Positions 17,394 through 25,792 of a stretch of DNA of 64,000 nt are shown here, one piece after another. The position numbers and the translations under genes were made by a program. Numbering within the stretch: position 1 is the first letter of the stretch; the number at the start of each line of letters is the position of its first letter. The stretch covers positions 74,914 through 138,913 of the forward strand of contig JACTMJ010000002.1 of assembly GCA_014584705.1 (NCBI GenBank), written 5' to 3'. The notes under the pieces were generated by a model, which had not been told where the DNA came from, did not search any database, and worked only from the letters and a program-made list of their open reading frames with translations. The DNA is from Acidobacteriota bacterium (GTDB lineage Bacteria > Acidobacteriota > Terriglobia > Bryobacterales > Bryobacteraceae).

Positions 17394-20048
17394 TCAACTG
17401 TTCCCGCGCCCCGAGCCCCGAACCGCACCGCGGGCGTCGTCCCGAAACGCTTCGGCGCGCCCCGCGATCGCCCCGTCGAGGGTCCCGGCAAAGGACGAAG
17501 CACCCCCGCGCGGAGACAAGATCCGCGCGGAGAAGGCCCGCCGATTCTGTTCATCACCGCCCTGTTCCGGCGACCGGCCTCCCGCGAATCCTTCGCCGCC
17601 CGATTGCCCGGGCGACCCGCCTCCCTGCCGGTGGGAAGGAGCGTCGCGCCACTCGCCGTGATCCGTCGACCTCTGGCCGGAGCTTGGACTCCCGGCATCG
17701 AAGCCCGATCGCTCGAGCCGGTGGAGCAATGATGGAATCTCCGCGCGCATCTCGCGCACGAAGCGCTCCGATTGGGATTCGATGCGCACTTCAATATCGG
17801 CTCCCGCACTTCCGGCGGCCCGGTTGCCGCGCTGCAGGAAGCGGAGCCGGACATCCTCGCCTCCGCCCGCCCCCGGCAGATCCACGCGAAGCGACCGGGC
17901 CGCGGGAAGGTCCTTGCCGGCGGCGGGGCCGGGCTGCGGCGGCAACTCAGCCAGGAGCGCTTCGGCAACCTTCGGCAACGTGCCGCCGGACGGAGATTGG
18001 CCGGTAGCGGCGCCGGTTCGGATCGAGCCGTGGGCCGTGCCCCCCGCGCCCGGGTGCCCTGCGGAACCTGCATGGTTCGGGGACGCGGCCACGAGCGATG
18101 CCGGATGAAGCTCCGGATGGGCAGCCATCCCGGCCGCGCCCGCGCGGAAGGGCTTCCGCGGCCACGGCGAGGTTTCCCCGGAATCGCCGGGAGCGCTCTC
18201 TTCCGGGTGCGATGCGGCCGCGGTACCGGACGAAGCGGCGTCAGGAATCGTCATCCGCCTTGCGGCTCCCTGACCGAACCTCACCCCTCCGGCGGATCCG
18301 CTCCCGGACCCGAACCGGGGCGCGGCGAGTACGGCCGATCCCGGAATCGGAAAGTTCGTCTCCACCCCCGCTCGCGCCGGAAGCCGGACGTTGGCGTCGT
18401 TTTCCCCGGCGGCAGGCGAGGCCTCGGATAGAGGGGCCTGCCCGGTTTGTGCAAGGGTTTTCTGTTCAAGAGTGCGGGCGGCGTCCCGCGAGCCCGGAAC
18501 GGCGTGGGTTGCGATGGCTGCCCCCGGCGCCGCCGCGTCGTTAGATTCAGCGGGAATCCCCATGGCGAGCGGTCTTGCGGTGGGCGGGAAAGCGACGGAA
18601 TCGCCGGCCCGCGCGTTCGCCCACCGGGATCCCGCGAGAACCGCCGCTCCATCCGCCGCGTCGCGCATCGCGCCGTCCATCGCGCCGTCCATTGCGCCGT
18701 CCATTGCGCCGCCCATTGCGCCATCCATCGTGTCGCCCGCCGCGCCTCCGCCGCCGAGCCCCGCGTTTTCTCCAGCGGAGGCTACAATCCGGTCAACCGT
18801 AACGCGAATCGTCGGCGGTGCGGACGAGGTCCCGGAGCCAGAGCGGCCGAGATCCTCGGCGAATGCTCCGCGCCCGAAAGCCGCGGTGGCGACATCCGAG
18901 CCCGCCAGGACCGGTTCCGGAGAACCTCCCCGGCCTGCGCGTCCCGCGATACCCGGCGTCGCCTCCGTTCCAATCCGCGTCCACGGCCCGGGAGCGCCCG
19001 GTCCGGACGCGGAACTCAGGTGCGGATCCGCGGTTTGCGGATTCATGCCGCCCCGGGGGGGCGGAACTGCCTCGCCTAGCGCCGCGATGGCTTGGCCGGG
19101 AGAACCCGCGGCGGGAATCGAATGGCCGGCGACGGCCGCGGGCGCGCCCGTCGCCGCTGAATCTCTTACCGGCGCGCCGGAAGCGACCAGCGCATCGGAG
19201 TTCTCCTGGTCGCCGGGCTCCCAAGCCCGCGGGTTTTCTTCCGTTTCCTCCACGAAACCGCCGCCGCCAGCGAACCGGATTGGCCCCTCATCGGGGTTAC
19301 CCGCGGAAGTCGCACCTCCTTGGGTTGTGCGTTCTTGTGCCGGACGAGAGGCGTCCGCCGCAGCCGCGCGGGCATCGCGAGAGGCGTCGGATGCCGGTTG
19401 CGAATCTGAATTCCGGCGAGAGGCGTCCGCCATCTCCGCCCGGGCTGGCCACAATGCGGAACGGTGCGCCGGAGCACCCGATTCGAGGCGCGCCGGTGCA
19501 TTACCGCGAACCAGCGCGCGCGCGCCGACAGAGTTCGCTCGCGGACGCGAATCGGCTAAGCCCGTGCGCTGACGCTCGTTGGCTAAGCCCGTGCGCTGAC
19601 GCTCGTCGGCTAGGCCCGTGCGCTGACGCTCGTCGGCTAGGCCCGTGCGCGAACGCTCGTCGGCTAGGCCCGTGCGCGAACGCTCGTCGGCTAGGCCCGT
19701 GCGCGAACGCGCAACGCCCTCCATCCGGTTTCCCGCGTTTTGCCGCCGGTCCTCGTTCGCCTCACCCAATCTGGAGGACGGCTCGAACCGGGAGTGGCGC
19801 ACCGGATCCTCCGTTGTCTTCCCCGGCGGAGGCAAAGGCACCCGGTCCGCAAACTGCCGGGGTGTCGCGGCCGCTACATCGATGCGAGTCTCCATCCACA
19901 TCGCCAGATAGCCGCCAAACTCGGCGACACCGCGAGCCGATTCTTCCTCCCTGGGCGCTCGTCCGGCTTGCGCGGATGCGCTTGCACGGCTGGAGGATGA
20001 GAGCGAGGCCGCGGAATTCGCGGAGGACCGAATCGATGCAGGAGTCAC
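17394..20048 (-). CDS. fliK: FliK-like flagellar hook-length control protein (884 aa, Ala/Gly/Pro/Arg-rich, internal tandem repeats)
   Basis: GGGAG followed by 7 nt then GTG 20048. Sits directly upstream of flgD-flgE. The C-terminal region (LRVDLPGAGGGEDVRLRFLQRGN...IEVRIESQSERFVREMRAEIPSLLHRLERSGFDAG) resembles the FliK Flg_hook/T3S4 domain. The rest is low complexity. Confidence 0.7.
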   Translation of the reverse strand: MTPASIRSSANSAASLSSSSRASASAQAGRAPREEESARGVAEFGGYLAMWMETRIDVAAATPRQFADRVPLPPPGKTTEDPVRHSRFEPSSRLGEANEDRRQNAGNRMEGVARSRTGLADERSRTGLADERSRTGLADERQRTGLADERQRTGLANERQRTGLADSRPRANSVGARALVRGNAPARLESGAPAHRSALWPARAEMADASRRNSDSQPASDASRDARAAAADASRPAQERTTQGGATSAGNPDEGPIRFAGGGGFVEETEENPRAWEPGDQENSDALVASGAPVRDSAATGAPAAVAGHSIPAAGSPGQAIAALGEAVPPPRGGMNPQTADPHLSSASGPGAPGPWTRIGTEATPGIAGRAGRGGSPEPVLAGSDVATAAFGRGAFAEDLGRSGSGTSSAPPTIRVTVDRIVASAGENAGLGGGGAAGDTMDGAMGGAMDGAMDGAMDGAMRDAADGAAVLAGSRWANARAGDSVAFPPTARPLAMGIPAESNDAAAPGAAIATHAVPGSRDAARTLEQKTLAQTGQAPLSEASPAAGENDANVRLPARAGVETNFPIPGSAVLAAPRFGSGSGSAGGVRFGQGAARRMTIPDAASSGTAAASHPEESAPGDSGETSPWPRKPFRAGAAGMAAHPELHPASLVAASPNHAGSAGHPGAGGTAHGSIRTGAATGQSPSGGTLPKVAEALLAELPPQPGPAAGKDLPAARSLRVDLPGAGGGEDVRLRFLQRGNRAAGSAGADIEVRIESQSERFVREMRAEIPSLLHRLERSGFDAGSPSSGQRSTDHGEWRDAPSHRQGGGSPGQSGGEGFAGGRSPEQGGDEQNRRAFSARILSPRGGASSFAGTLDGAIAGRAEAFRDDARGAVRGSGRGNS
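18669..18728 (-). repeat. five tandem 12-nt coding repeats inside the fliK-like gene (GAMD tetrapeptide)
   Basis: [c/t]gcgcc[g/a][t/c]ccat repeated five times, encoding GAMGGAMDGAMDGAMDGAM. Confidence 0.9.
19554..19715 (-). repeat. six tandem 27-nt coding repeats inside the fliK-like gene (9-aa unit RTGLADER[S/Q])
   Basis: Units start at 19554, 19581, 19608, 19635, 19662 and 19689. Neighbouring units differ by 0-3 nt. Confidence 0.95.
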
Positions 20049-20263
20049 GCGGTGCTCCCTTGCAGTTTCGATACCATTCGCGCGGACACCCCGGATCCCG
20101 CACTTTCCCGCCGCAATCGCAGCCTTCCCGTGAAGAACAGCCGACCATTTTTCGTCACTGGCAAGGTTTCATCGCGCTCCCCCCTCTGCCTCTCCCCGGC
20201 CACGAGGGGACGGAAAGAGGCGCCAGACGGGCGCCGCGCGCTCCCCGGCCCGGCTTCGCCTGT

Positions 20264-20329
20264 ATTGGCCTCTCGCGTGCATTGCCTCTCGCGTGCATTG
20301 CCTCTCGCGTGCATTGACCTCTCGCGTAC
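20264..20329. repeat. four tandem 16/17-nt repeats in the divergent fliK / flgF control region
   Basis: attggcctctcgcgtgc / attgcctctcgcgtgc / attgcctctcgcgtgc / attgacctctcgcgtac. Confidence 0.95.
20265..20281 (+). promoter_or_regulatory. possible sigma-54 (-24/-12) promoter for the flgF arm
   Basis: TTGGCCTCTCGCGTGCA. The GG and GC dinucleotides have the spacing of TGGCACG-N4-TTGCW, about 76 nt before the flgF start. It forms the first unit of a 4x tandem repeat. Several consensus mismatches. Confidence 0.3.
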
Positions 20330-20356
20330 AAGAGGACCATCGACGGAGGACGCCCC

Positions 20357-21106
20357 TTGGATCCCATCACTTCCCTGCTAGCCGGAGGAATGACTTCCCG
20401 GCTCGATTCTCTCGATCTGCTCGCCAACAACATCGCGAACGCTTCCTCGGCGGGGTACAAGGCGGACCGGGAACGCTTCAGCGCGTTTCTCTCCGCGGAC
20501 CTGGCGGAGGCGCTGGCCACGGGCGAGACGAGGAAGGCGAGCGAGATCCCGATGGTGGAGGACCGCTTTACCGAGTTTCGGCAGGGAACGTTCCTCGAAA
20601 CGGGCGTCGCCACCGATGTGGCGCTCGACGGAGAGGGATTCTTCTCTGTAGAAACTCCCCGCGGCGTCCGATATACGCGTGCGGGCCGGTTTCATCTCGA
20701 GCGCGACGGCGAATTGCGAACGCGCGAGGGATACCGTGTGCGCGTGAAGCAGACGCAGAACCCGAAGCGGCTGGCGGCGGACCCCGCGCAGCCCATCCGC
20801 ATAACGCCGCGGGGAGAAATTTTTCAGGGAGAGAACCGGCTCGGCGTGATGGACCGGGTGGGTTTCGGGCGACCCGATCTGCTCCGCAAGGAAGAGGCGG
20901 TTTATTTCCGGGCGGTGGAGGGGATGACGGAGCTGGCACGGGAGACGCCGGTGGTGAGCGGAAGCCTCGAGGCCTCGAATGTCGATGCCGCGGCGGGATC
21001 GTTCCGGCTGGTGGAAACCACGCGCCAGTTCGGCATGCTCAACCGTGCCTTCACGCTGCACGACGGTTTGCAGCGCGGTTTGATCGAACGGGTAGCCAAG
21101 TGGTAA
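20357..21106 (+). CDS. flgF: flagellar basal-body rod protein FlgF
   Basis: GGAGGA followed by 6 nt then TTG 20357. N-terminus LDLLANNIANASSAGYK. 249 aa, immediately upstream of flgG. Confidence 0.88.
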   Translation: MDPITSLLAGGMTSRLDSLDLLANNIANASSAGYKADRERFSAFLSADLAEALATGETRKASEIPMVEDRFTEFRQGTFLETGVATDVALDGEGFFSVETPRGVRYTRAGRFHLERDGELRTREGYRVRVKQTQNPKRLAADPAQPIRITPRGEIFQGENRLGVMDRVGFGRPDLLRKEEAVYFRAVEGMTELARETPVVSGSLEASNVDAAAGSFRLVETTRQFGMLNRAFTLHDGLQRGLIERVAKW

Positions 21107-21137
21107 GGGTTCCCGAGACTCGAAAGGAAATGCACAG

Positions 21138-21929
21138 ATGATCCGAGCTCTTTATAGCGCCGCCAGCGGCATGAGCGCGCAACAGACGAACGTCGACAAT
21201 ATCTCTCACAATCTTGCCAACGCGAACACGGTAGGGTTCAAGATGCGCCGGGCGCAGTTCCAGGACCTGCTCTATCAGAACGTGATTCAGCCGGGCTCGA
21301 GCGCCAACGCGCAGGCGTTCGTGCCAACGGGGTTGCAGATCGGCCTCGGAACGCGCGCCATCTCGAACGAGATCATCTTTACACAGGGCAATTTCACGCT
21401 CACCAACAACCCCTATGATCTGGTGATCGAGGGCAATGGTTTCTTCGCCGTCCGGCAGCAGAACGGGGAATTGGCCTACACGCGGGCCGGTGCGTTCCAT
21501 CTCGATCAGGATGGGCGCATGGTGACCGCCGACGGCAATCAACTGGACCCACCAATCACGCTTCCCCCGGAGGCTCTGAATGTCCGGATCGCGCCGGACG
21601 GTACCGTCACCTATTCGATCCCCGGCCAGAGCGGCAGCCAGCGCGCCGGGCAGTTTCTTCTGGCGAACTTCCAGAATCCGGCGGGCTTGAGCAGTCTGGG
21701 GAAGAATCTTCTGCTGCCGACAGATGCGAGCGGACAGCCGACGCTCTCGATCCCCGGAGGTCCGGAGGGGGCGGGCACACTGCTGCAGGGTTATGTGGAG
21801 CAATCCAACGTGAGCCTGGTGGAGGAGTTCATCAGCTTGATCACCAGCCAGCGCGCCTACGAGGCGAACGCCAAGGTGGTGAAGGCGGCCGATGAAATGT
21901 ATCAGCAACTGAACAATCTGGCACGGTAA
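21138..21929 (+). CDS. flgG: flagellar distal rod protein FlgG
   Basis: MIRALYSAASGMSAQQTNVDNISHNLANANTVGFK ... ITSQRAYEANAKVVKAADEMYQQLNNL. 263 aa. Confidence 0.95.
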   Translation: MIRALYSAASGMSAQQTNVDNISHNLANANTVGFKMRRAQFQDLLYQNVIQPGSSANAQAFVPTGLQIGLGTRAISNEIIFTQGNFTLTNNPYDLVIEGNGFFAVRQQNGELAYTRAGAFHLDQDGRMVTADGNQLDPPITLPPEALNVRIAPDGTVTYSIPGQSGSQRAGQFLLANFQNPAGLSSLGKNLLLPTDASGQPTLSIPGGPEGAGTLLQGYVEQSNVSLVEEFISLITSQRAYEANAKVVKAADEMYQQLNNLAR

Positions 21930-21933
21930 TCGA

Positions 21934-22935
21934 ATGGCAACGAAAGGCAATAGGGATGGACGAATGTGGCGCAAGGCTCGGCGCGCATGGGCGCACGGGC
22001 TAGCGGCTCTCATGGCCGGCCTGCTGGCATTGGCCGCGCCCGCGCGATCGGGCGTGGCGGAAGCGGGTTGCCTTGCGGTGAGCGGGTCGCGATTGACGGC
22101 GGCTGCCTTGGCGCGAGAGGACCCGCGCTTTCTGGCGATACCCGCCGGCACGGATTTTGGATATCTCCCGGAACCCGGCGAACGGCGTACGCTCGCCCTG
22201 CCCACGGGGGAATTGGTCTGTCTGGAACGAGCCTCGCGGCCGCTTGCGGAAAGCGAGATCGCTCTGGCGCTGGAACTGCCCGGCACGGCAATCACGGCCG
22301 CGATTCTCGATTTTCCGAGGACGGCCTTTCCGCCGGGGAAGCTGCGCTTTCCCGCCAGCGGCGTTTCTCCGCCGGCGCGCGGATCCGATTCCGTCTTGTG
22401 GCGAGGCTCCATCGAATATGAGCCTGGGCGAACGATCGCGCTATGGGCACGCGTGCGCCTCGCGCGGGAGACAAAGTGTCTGCGCGCCGCGGCCGATATT
22501 CCGAAGGGTGGAGCGCTGTTCCCATCGGGAATTGAAGCAACAACCTGCGACGCCGCGGCGATTCTCGCCGGAGCGCTGGAGCCGGAGTCCCGGGAAAGCG
22601 TCTCCGCGTCTCATGGACGTTTCGCGGCCCGTCCGATCCGCAAGGGCGAGTGGCTGACGGCGGGATTATTGATCGACGCGGCCATGGTCGTCGCCCGCCG
22701 GGAGGCGATGCTTGAATTGCGTTCGGGTGGGGTACGCCTTGTGCTACCCGTGATGCCGGAAGAGAACGGGCGGGCAGGGGATGCCGTCTGGGTTCGCAGC
22801 ATGGCGACCAGAGAACGGCTCCAAGCCCGGGTCTCCGGACCCGATACGCTCACACTGACTTTGCCGGGTCGGGAACCTCGAACCAGGGCGGCGGCGCTCT
22901 CCTCGGCGGCGCGCCCGGATTGGAGAACTCCATGA
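21934..22935 (+). CDS. flgA: flagellar P-ring assembly chaperone FlgA
   Basis: Located between flgG and flgH. C-terminal SAF/ChapFlgA-like region (GEWLTAGLLIDAAMVVARREAMLELRSGGVRLVLPVMPEENGRAGDAVWVRS). Start ambiguous: ATG 21934 or ATG 21964. Confidence 0.8.
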   Translation: MATKGNRDGRMWRKARRAWAHGLAALMAGLLALAAPARSGVAEAGCLAVSGSRLTAAALAREDPRFLAIPAGTDFGYLPEPGERRTLALPTGELVCLERASRPLAESEIALALELPGTAITAAILDFPRTAFPPGKLRFPASGVSPPARGSDSVLWRGSIEYEPGRTIALWARVRLARETKCLRAAADIPKGGALFPSGIEATTCDAAAILAGALEPESRESVSASHGRFAARPIRKGEWLTAGLLIDAAMVVARREAMLELRSGGVRLVLPVMPEENGRAGDAVWVRSMATRERLQARVSGPDTLTLTLPGREPRTRAAALSSAARPDWRTP

Positions 22936-23633
22936 TTGGCAGAATTCTCGGCGTGATCCTGTTGGCGCTGCTGGCACTCCCCTCGGTAGCGAGGGAAGGA
23001 AAGGAAAAGTCGCCGCGGAAAACGCCTCTCGACGTCTACATCGAGGAGGCTCTTGGAAGGGGCGCGGCCCTCGAAAACTCCGGCGCGACCGGGAGCCTGT
23101 TCACCTCCGCGGCGTTGATGGTGGATCTCAACCGGGATCTGCGGGCTCTGCAAGTGGACGATGTTGTGACGATTCTGGTGGTGGAGCAGGCAAGCTCGGT
23201 CACGAGCGGCACGGTTGCGACGGACCGGCAGTCCAAGGCTCGGACGGGTTTCGACACCTTGTTCGGGCCGCGGATTCCGACGAGCTTCCTGCCGAATCTG
23301 GTGGGGTTTGAAGGATCCACTTCGCTCGATGGCGAGGGTTCGACAAGCAGGCAGGTATCCGTCTCAACGACGCTCTCGGCGCGGGTAACGCACGTGCTGC
23401 CCAATGGCAATCTGGCGCTCGAAGGCGTGAAACGGATTGGCATTAATGGGGAGCAGCAGGAAGTCAAGGTGCGCGGCGTGATCCGGCCGATCGATCTCGG
23501 ACGCCAGAATACGGTACCCTCGGACCGGCTGGCGATGCTCGAAGTGACCGTGAACGGCAAGGGTGTGGTTGCCGACGCGATTCGAAAGCCGCATTTCCTG
23601 GTGAATCTTCTCACCAAGGTACTTCCCTTCTAA
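22932..23633 (+). CDS. flgH: flagellar L-ring protein FlgH
   Basis: ATGA overlap with the flgA stop and GGAGAA upstream; the longest ORF starts at TTG 22920. Conserved FlgH core (DLRALQVDDVVTILVVEQASS..., LNGEQQEVKVRGVIRPIDL). No lipobox Cys is visible in the signal peptide. Confidence 0.9.
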   Translation: MIGRILGVILLALLALPSVAREGKEKSPRKTPLDVYIEEALGRGAALENSGATGSLFTSAALMVDLNRDLRALQVDDVVTILVVEQASSVTSGTVATDRQSKARTGFDTLFGPRIPTSFLPNLVGFEGSTSLDGEGSTSRQVSVSTTLSARVTHVLPNGNLALEGVKRIGINGEQQEVKVRGVIRPIDLGRQNTVPSDRLAMLEVTVNGKGVVADAIRKPHFLVNLLTKVLPF

Positions 23634-23668
23634 GTGGCGCAGATGAGGAAACATTCGAGGAAGCGATC

Positions 23669-24850
23669 ATGATCGGGGCCAGCCATGCGGTGAGGGGCAA
23701 ACGCGGGATGAGAATCAAGCTTGTGACAAGGGCCGGCCACGCGGCGTTGCGGGCGGCGGCGCTGGCATGGTTTCTCCTTTGGGGAACCGTGCCAGCGGCC
23801 AAGGCAACGCGCATCAAGGAACTGGCGCAGATAGAGGGCATCCGGGACAACCAACTGATCGGCTACGGGCTGGTGGTGGGGCTGGCGGGCACGGGCGATG
23901 GAGTCCAGACCCAGTTCACCGTGCAGACATTGCGAAACATGCTGGACCGGATGGGGATTTCCCTACCCCCGGCCATGCTGCGTGTGACCAATACGGCCGC
24001 GGTGATGATCACAGGGACGCTTGCTCCCTTTGCGCAGCCCGGCAGCAAGCTGGACGTGACGGTTTCCGCGATGGGCGACGCCTCGAACCTGCAAGGGGGC
24101 GTGCTGCTCTTGACCCCCTTGCGCGGGGTGAACGGAGAAATCTATGCGGTGGCGCAAGGGCCGATGAGCACGGGAGGATTTGTCGCGGGGCGCCAGGCGC
24201 AGGGAAATGCGACCACGCGCAATCACCCGACCACCGCGCGGATTCCCAACGGGGCCATTGTCGAGCGGGCGGCACCCTCGGTGATGCCAGGGAAGGAAGT
24301 GCGGCTGCAGTTGCGAACGTCGGACTTTACGAACGCCGCCCGGATCGTGGAAGCGATCAATGCGAAGTTCCCGGATGCGGCATCGCCGCTAGCGGTGGCG
24401 CGGAATGCGGGATTGGTGGCGGTGCGCGCGCCCGAAGACGCCCCCGGCGGCATGGCCGGATTTATTGCGGCGCTGGAGGCGCTCGAAATCGACGCGGAGC
24501 AGCGGGCCGGGATCGTCGTGAACGAACGCACGGGGACGGTGATCGTGGGAAGCCAGGTCAAGGTGGCCCCGGTCGTGATGATGCATGGAAGCTTGAGCAT
24601 CGAGGTCCAGACCCGGTATGACGTCTCGCAGCCGGCTCCGTTTGCCAAGGGGGAAACCAAGGTGGTGCCGGAAGTGAACGTGCAGGTTCGGGAGGAAGAG
24701 GCCCGGAGCGTGTCGCTCAAAGACGGCGCGACGGTGGACGATCTGGTGCGGGCTCTGAACACCATCGGGGTGACCCCGCGCGACATCATTGCGATTCTGC
24801 AAAGCCTGAAGGCCGCGGGCGCGCTCGATGTGGACCTCCAGGTGATCTAG
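23669..24850 (+). CDS. flgI: flagellar P-ring protein FlgI
   Basis: RIKELAQIEGIRDNQLIGYGLVVGLAGTGD ... RDIIAILQSLKAAGALDVDLQVI. Confidence 0.95.
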   Translation: MIGASHAVRGKRGMRIKLVTRAGHAALRAAALAWFLLWGTVPAAKATRIKELAQIEGIRDNQLIGYGLVVGLAGTGDGVQTQFTVQTLRNMLDRMGISLPPAMLRVTNTAAVMITGTLAPFAQPGSKLDVTVSAMGDASNLQGGVLLLTPLRGVNGEIYAVAQGPMSTGGFVAGRQAQGNATTRNHPTTARIPNGAIVERAAPSVMPGKEVRLQLRTSDFTNAARIVEAINAKFPDAASPLAVARNAGLVAVRAPEDAPGGMAGFIAALEALEIDAEQRAGIVVNERTGTVIVGSQVKVAPVVMMHGSLSIEVQTRYDVSQPAPFAKGETKVVPEVNVQVREEEARSVSLKDGATVDDLVRALNTIGVTPRDIIAILQSLKAAGALDVDLQVI

Positions 24851-24963
24851 AGTGGCGGGCGCGAGACGGCGGAATGGGGACGGCCCGATTCTGGACCGGG
24901 AACGGCGAGGAATCCGCATTCTCAAGAGGGGAACCCGGTCGCGCACGCGGGAGGAAGGCAAGA

Positions 24964-25335
24964 ATGACCGATACAACGATGATGGATGCGGCTGCAAGCG
25001 TGTACCGCCAGACGCCGCTCACCGTGGAAGGGATTCGGCGGGCGGTCGGCTCCCGCGCGCAAGCGCGAGAGGTAGCGCGGCACTTCGAGGCGCTGCTGAT
25101 TCAGGAAGTGGTCAAAGCGGCGAGAAGCGCCGGGGGAGGCGGCTGGCTGGGGGAAGACGCCGGCGAAACCTCCGAGGCCACCGCTCAGATGGGAGAAGAG
25201 TTTCTGGCGACGGCCATTGCTTCCGGGGGCGGATTCGGATTGGCAGCGGCCTTTTCCCGCTCGCTCGAAGCCACGTTGTCGCCGCCTTCGAAATCGGACG
25301 ATCCCCTTCCGGACGCAACCTTAGAAAAAACCTAA
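24964..25335 (+). CDS. flgJ: FlgJ-like rod-binding protein (single domain, no muramidase)
   Basis: GGAGGAAGG followed by 5 nt then ATG 24964. Rod-binding motif ARHFEALLIQEVVKAARS ... GEEFLATAIASGGGFGLA. The ORF ends after 123 aa. Confidence 0.75.
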   Translation: MTDTTMMDAAASVYRQTPLTVEGIRRAVGSRAQAREVARHFEALLIQEVVKAARSAGGGGWLGEDAGETSEATAQMGEEFLATAIASGGGFGLAAAFSRSLEATLSPPSKSDDPLPDATLEKT

Positions 25336-25344
25336 GAAAATCCC

Positions 25345-25371
25345 TAAAGAAGTTCCGGGGACCGCCGATAC
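25345..25371 (+). promoter_or_regulatory. sigma-28 (FliA) promoter upstream of flgM
   Basis: TAAA (25345-48), a 15-nt spacer, then GCCGATAC (25364-71). Lies in the 60-nt flgJ-flgM gap, 25 nt before the flgM ATG. Confidence 0.75.
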
Positions 25372-25395
25372 GGAAAGCAGGACGGCCTTTACAGG

Positions 25396-25785
25396 ATGAA
25401 GATCCCCGAGTTCCAATCCGACCAGCTTCGGCAGCAAAGCTCCGACGCAGCGGCAACCATCGGTTCGCGCCGGGAAACGGTGCGTGATATTGGAAGCGAC
25501 GCCACCACCTATCCCCATTCCGGAGGAGCCGGGCCGCGGGACGAACGCGTGCCGGCGGTGGATGCGGTGGAGTTTTCGCCGCTATCCCTGACGATTATCG
25601 GCACCGCGAACGCCGATGCGCGAGTGAAGTCGTTAGAGAGCGTATTCCAGCGCGGAGAGTATTCCGCGAACGCCGAGAAGCTTGCCCACACTCTGGTGCA
25701 GACCTTCCTGGTAGAGCACGACAGCCTGGAAGCTCGGCCGGAAACGCCGTCTCCATCCAACTCGGGTAGCTTCCCGAAACAGTAG
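25396..25785 (+). CDS. flgM: anti-sigma-28 factor FlgM
   Basis: 129 aa, last gene of the flgF arm. C-terminus ARVKSLESVFQRGEYSANAEKLAHTLV fits the FlgM sigma-binding helices. Preceded by a sigma-28 promoter. Confidence 0.8.
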   Translation: MKIPEFQSDQLRQQSSDAAATIGSRRETVRDIGSDATTYPHSGGAGPRDERVPAVDAVEFSPLSLTIIGTANADARVKSLESVFQRGEYSANAEKLAHTLVQTFLVEHDSLEARPETPSPSNSGSFPKQ

Positions 25786-25792
25786 CCTTCCC

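Noticed and set aside
19554-19715. Possible CRISPR-like array (regular 27-nt periodicity)
   Set aside because: The units are contiguous with no spacers, are in frame inside the FliK-like ORF, and encode a 9-aa peptide repeat. No cas genes are present.
20934-20948. Sigma-54-like TGGCACGGGAGACGC inside flgF
   Set aside because: The -24 half is good, but the -12 is ACGC rather than TTGC, and the site lies within coding sequence about 190 nt before flgG. The evidence is insufficient.
22472-22499. Sigma-28-like CAAA-N16-GCCGATAT inside flgA
   Set aside because: The -35 has a mismatch and the spacer is 16 nt. The site lies inside a coding region about 430 nt from flgH. It could be a weak internal promoter, but it is not distinguishable from chance.
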